In this document: one piece after another, positions 61,106-64,000 of the stretch
Layout of the letters: every line of letters begins with the position of its first letter
Numbering within the stretch: position 1 is the stretch's first letter
Assembly: GCA_000002445.1 (NCBI GenBank)
Contig: CH464491.1
Coordinates: 1,728,001-1,792,000 of the forward strand
Direction of reading: 5' to 3'
Source of the DNA: Trypanosoma brucei
Lineage: Eukaryota
DNA: 64,000 bases
Notes under the pieces: generated by a model
Databases searched by the model: none
Seen by the model: the letters and a program-made list of their open reading frames with translations, nothing else
What the model was told of the DNA's origin: nothing
Position numbers and translations under genes: made by a program

Positions 61106-64000
61106 TCAAAAAGACCACTGCGCAGTGGGGAATCTCAACCCTTCCTCACTGCGTGACTGAGTTTCAGACGGCTCACCACCAATACTTGAAGGCCCAAATG
61201 ACTTGATGCCAAATAAACCAATACCCGGTGAGGTGCTGAGATTCGCTATGGGTGTTGATACATATGTGTAGCGCGGTTTCTCGGGGAAGGCGCAACCTGC
61301 AGTCATCGAACTGCTCCCAGAATAGGGAACAGAAGGGGAGCTGGTCTGAGGTGACAAACGTAGCAGTGGATCACTCGGTACACCATTAGGTGTGAAACCA
61401 GCGTGTGGCACCGCGCCGCTTGCCGGCTGCGCTGATATTGGGGGTGTTGGGGTATACGGGGCGGCATTGGCGTCAAGCGAAAAACGTGACGTGGAATCGG
61501 GGGCACCAAAAACTGCTGTGACGGTAAATCCACCGTTGCTTGTGGGGCTACTCCTGTCTGTAATGGGTGCATCGTCACTAACCTCGCACGTGAGTTGTGA
61601 AATATCAATCGGGTGTTGGTGCCGCTGTGAAGGCGGAGGTGAGGATGCATCACAAGTGACTGCCAGAGAGCCGAGAGCATTTCCGCCGTTGTTATTTGCC
61701 AGCATCGTAGTAAACGGCGGACGCTTCGAGTATAATTCCCACGATAGATCCATGGCAAGACAACCTGTCGCGGGGGGCGCAAAGCTGCTACCCCCACCCA
61801 CCGTGCCCGCCGATCGCGGCAACGGAACGGACACCCCCGCACCGTTTATGGAACTGCCGGTTACGCCAACTGGGCTAACTGCACGTGTCCCCGTTGTTCC
61901 TTGTTCAGCAGGATGGAGTTGGGGTGTGAGGTTGGTAGAGGGAGGCGTGCCCGCGGATGCGTCCAGAGCCGAATCCTTCGTTGCTGCGAACACAAGAAAG
62001 GACTGGACATCGTCGATAGCCAGCTTGTCGTGGCGCGTTGCCGTCAGCCCCGGTATGTTCAGAGCCACCGGCATGTCTGCACCTCGATGTTGCCCAAACC
62101 CTTCCCACTCCTTTTTGCGTTCCACCAGGGCCTTCTTGTCTTTCTCAATGCGCGACAAAGTTTCACACAAACTTTTGAATTGGCGTCGGAGCTCCTCTAG
62201 CTTGCGGTTGTCCTCCTCAATTTGATTCTGGAGTCTCTGCACATTTTCTTCCTCTTTGGCCTTTTCTTTTGACAGTTTTGCAACTTGGGTGCGATTGGCG
62301 GCAACCGTTTGAGTTAATGAGTTCAACTCGCGCTGCAGTTCCGGGTTGGGTCCAACCTTTGCAAGAAGCGCCTTACGTTCACGTTCTTTCTTCTTCTGTA
62401 CGGCCTTCTGACAACCCCTGTTGTAGTCATCCATCAGCTGGCGGTGAGCGTTGACACACATTTTATTGAGAGCCTCACGTTCCTGAGTTTCGAGTTTTTC
62501 AAGCTTTTGAACGGCCTTCTCTACCTCCTTTCGGCGTTTCCCCTCCGCTGCCGAGGTTCCCGTCAGTTCTGCCGAGTTTACTTGATGTGAACCCGAGACA
62601 CCCTTTCCGCTGTTGGTGTTGCTGGTGGTCTTTTTACTTCCGCTGTCAGCAAAGGGAGTTCCATCGAGGTTAAGCAAGTTAAGGGCAAACTGGAATGTGA
62701 GGCGGTCTTCTGCGGAATTGTAGAGTCTGTAGTCACGCTGTGCATTGGCCTGGCTGCGCAAGGCGACGGTGAGCTGAACAAAGTTGTCGTAACCAACCAG
62801 CTCACCTGGCGCAGCCTCTACTTCCTTTTCCAGGAACAGTACCGGACGTTCCTTGAGGGCATTTTGACTTGATAAATCCTCTCCATTCCCCTCACTGCCG
62901 TTGTTGTTGTTGTTGTTGTTTTTGTTGTTCCTCCGCTTCCTCTTTGGGTCCTGCGACCGAATCACCATACGGGCACGCAGAGGACCACTATGACGATGCC
63001 ACACGTGGAAAGTCAGCTCATTGTCACATAGCATTAATATAGCTTGCCATCTTATTTTTTTGCAGCTGAATTGGTTGCTTATCAGGCGATGTAGCGGTAG
63101 CTCCTCCAGAAGTTCAGCATTGTCAACAGTACAGGTGTAGCGGCCAGGAGCATGTTCGTGAATCTGCATCTGTGGCATCAACGGGCACTTAGTAACGGGA
63201 GGAAAGCCGCGGCACATAGGGTAGAAGTGACTGCTTATTTTTTCCGCAAGGCACTCAGCCCTCACATTGAAGTCAAGGGGTTCCTTCCCTGCACAATCGG
63301 TGGAAATGGAAAGCTCTCGGCAGATATCCTCCAACAGGGGCAAGGGAAGCGGGGAAAAATACATGAAGACGGCGAGGGCGGAAGCCGCCATGCAAACGAC
63401 ATCTTTCTGGCAGTCGCAATCCTTGTAGCCGAAGGCATGTGAGAAATATTCCAACTTCTTGCCTCCCAACGATTTAATTTGCCTCCTCAGATATAATAGC
63501 TTCTCCATCCGCTCCTCTTCACGAATTCCTGAGGACGTGGTTACGCCGTTAGCATTGTTGCCACTCCCACCTGCGATGCTTCCTTCCCTGCCGCTCTCAA
63601 GGGATGCGGTGTTGACACTCACATTACATTTGCCTCGCCGTTGGTTGCTGTTTGGTGGTTCGGACGACGACGATGCGAACCCGCGTTGGTCCATGCGATC
63701 TGATGTGGCTAGGCAAATTGAAACAGTGAGAGAGCAAATCCTGCTCGCAATGCCCACGCGACAGGCATCTTCCCCATATTCTTCCCCTCCAACTCCCCAG
63801 TACTTCGCTGCCGGTCGCAGTGTGCTTGCGCTTAGCGGCGCCAACTTGTTAACAATTGCGCTGTGCTCATCGGTATCGTCGAGATACGAAAGCTGAGAAT
63901 CGCCGCCACTCTCGCTGCTCCCTGCGTAAAGCACGTCCCCATCTTCATCCCCATCGTCGGCAGATTGGTCCCTTGCGGTAAAGGATTGGCAGCACACCTT
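61106..64000 (-). CDS. hypothetical coiled-coil protein with poly-Asn tract, 5'-partial (runs off the window edge)
   Basis: The track 'M' at 63997 is a GTG. The codon 63998-64000 continues the frame (K), so the N-terminus lies outside the window. It contains a long coiled-coil (KRRKEVEKAVQKLEKLETQERE...LQNQIEEDNRKLEELRRQFKSL), a poly-N stretch (NNKNNNNNNN) and a Ser/Pro-rich C-terminus. Confidence 0.6.
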   Translation of the reverse strand, partial: KVCCQSFTARDQSADDGDEDGDVLYAGSSESGGDSQLSYLDDTDEHSAIVNKLAPLSASTLRPAAKYWGVGGEEYGEDACRVGIASRICSLTVSICLATSDRMDQRGFASSSSEPPNSNQRRGKCNVSVNTASLESGREGSIAGGSGNNANGVTTSSGIREEERMEKLLYLRRQIKSLGGKKLEYFSHAFGYKDCDCQKDVVCMAASALAVFMYFSPLPLPLLEDICRELSISTDCAGKEPLDFNVRAECLAEKISSHFYPMCRGFPPVTKCPLMPQMQIHEHAPGRYTCTVDNAELLEELPLHRLISNQFSCKKIRWQAILMLCDNELTFHVWHRHSGPLRARMVIRSQDPKRKRRNNKNNNNNNNGSEGNGEDLSSQNALKERPVLFLEKEVEAAPGELVGYDNFVQLTVALRSQANAQRDYRLYNSAEDRLTFQFALNLLNLDGTPFADSGSKKTTSNTNSGKGVSGSHQVNSAELTGTSAAEGKRRKEVEKAVQKLEKLETQEREALNKMCVNAHRQLMDDYNRGCQKAVQKKKERERKALLAKVGPNPELQRELNSLTQTVAANRTQVAKLSKEKAKEEENVQRLQNQIEEDNRKLEELRRQFKSLCETLSRIEKDKKALVERKKEWEGFGQHRGADMPVALNIPGLTATRHDKLAIDDVQSFLVFAATKDSALDASAGTPPSTNLTPQLHPAEQGTTGTRAVSPVGVTGSSINGAGVSVPLPRSAGTVGGGSSFAPPATGCLAMDLSWELYSKRPPFTTMLANNNGGNALGSLAVTCDASSPPPSQRHQHPIDISQLTCEVSDDAPITDRSSPTSNGGFTVTAVFGAPDSTSRFSLDANAAPYTPTPPISAQPASGAVPHAGFTPNGVPSDPLLRLSPQTSSPSVPYSGSSSMTAGCAFPEKPRYTYVSTPIANLSTSPGIGLFGIKSFGPSSIGGEPSETQSRSEEGLRFPTAQWSF
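62901..62929 (-). repeat. (TTG)n trinucleotide repeat encoding a poly-Asn tract in the partial coiled-coil gene
   Basis: ttgttgttgttgttgttgtttttgttgtt on the + strand is (AAC)n, or NNKNNNNNNN, on the coding strand. Confidence 0.9.

Noticed and set aside
63995-63997. 'M' start of the last ORF at 63997
   Set aside because: The underlying codon is GTG. The ORF track translates alternative starts as M, and the frame continues to the window edge, so the gene is 5'-truncated rather than starting here.
1-64000. Prokaryotic-type features: CRISPR arrays, IS/transposase ORFs, operon-like defence islands
   Set aside because: The sequence is clearly eukaryotic and kinetoplastid. It has a eukaryotic ribosomal protein, Sec61alpha, a kinesin, a bromodomain and PTS1 signals. 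There are no CRISPR-like spaced direct repeats, no transposase, integrase or reverse-transcriptase motifs, and no Shine-Dalgarno-coupled operons.
1-64000. tRNA genes, by eye-search for GGTTCGAATCC / GTTCGA(A/T)TC T-arm motifs and a GTGGC..TAG D-arm
   Set aside because: I found no match. Trypanosome tRNA genes cluster mainly at strand-switch regions, which are absent here. Visual search is weak, so tRNAscan-SE should be run to confirm.

Overview
This window looks like nuclear DNA from a trypanosomatid (kinetoplastid), most consistent with the Trypanosoma brucei clade. All 21 convincing protein-coding ORFs lie on the minus strand and are intron-less, packed head-to-tail with short spacers. That layout is typical of one RNA polymerase II polycistronic transcription unit with no strand-switch region inside the window. 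The repeats are eukaryotic-type microsatellites: (GT)19, (AC)21, (AT)n and C11 homopolymers. Two of the enzymes are classic trypanosomatid glycosomal proteins and both end in PTS1-like tripeptides: pyruvate phosphate dikinase ends in -AKL and 6-phosphogluconolactonase ends in -AKF. From memory the gene order matches T. brucei chromosome 11 (SEC61, PPDK, RPS5, 6PGL, RLP24), but I cannot verify that here. The content is housekeeping: Sec61 alpha, ribosomal protein S5, the ribosome biogenesis factor RLP24, a kinesin, an inositol 5-phosphatase-like protein, an AAA+/bromodomain ATPase, PDS5-like and UPF2-like large proteins, an LRR protein, a START-domain protein and several RNA-binding proteins. 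I could not support any RNA gene, transposon ORF or prokaryote-type system (CRISPR, IS, defence island). The ORF track treats GTG and TTG as start codons, so I checked each start against the sequence and trimmed four genes to their first ATG. The points most worth a second look are a GC-rich 4-kb ORF-free gap between the 6PGL and zinc-finger genes, a 2.8-kb ORF-poor gap carrying microsatellites and a weak C/D snoRNA candidate, several unusual domain architectures (PDZ+CCHC+CCCH+RS, double PUB, Cys-rich orphan), in-frame hexanucleotide and trinucleotide coding repeats, and a long homopurine, G-quadruplex-capable tract in the SEC61 3' flank. I see no evidence of a novel multi-gene system; this appears to be an ordinary core-genome polycistron.
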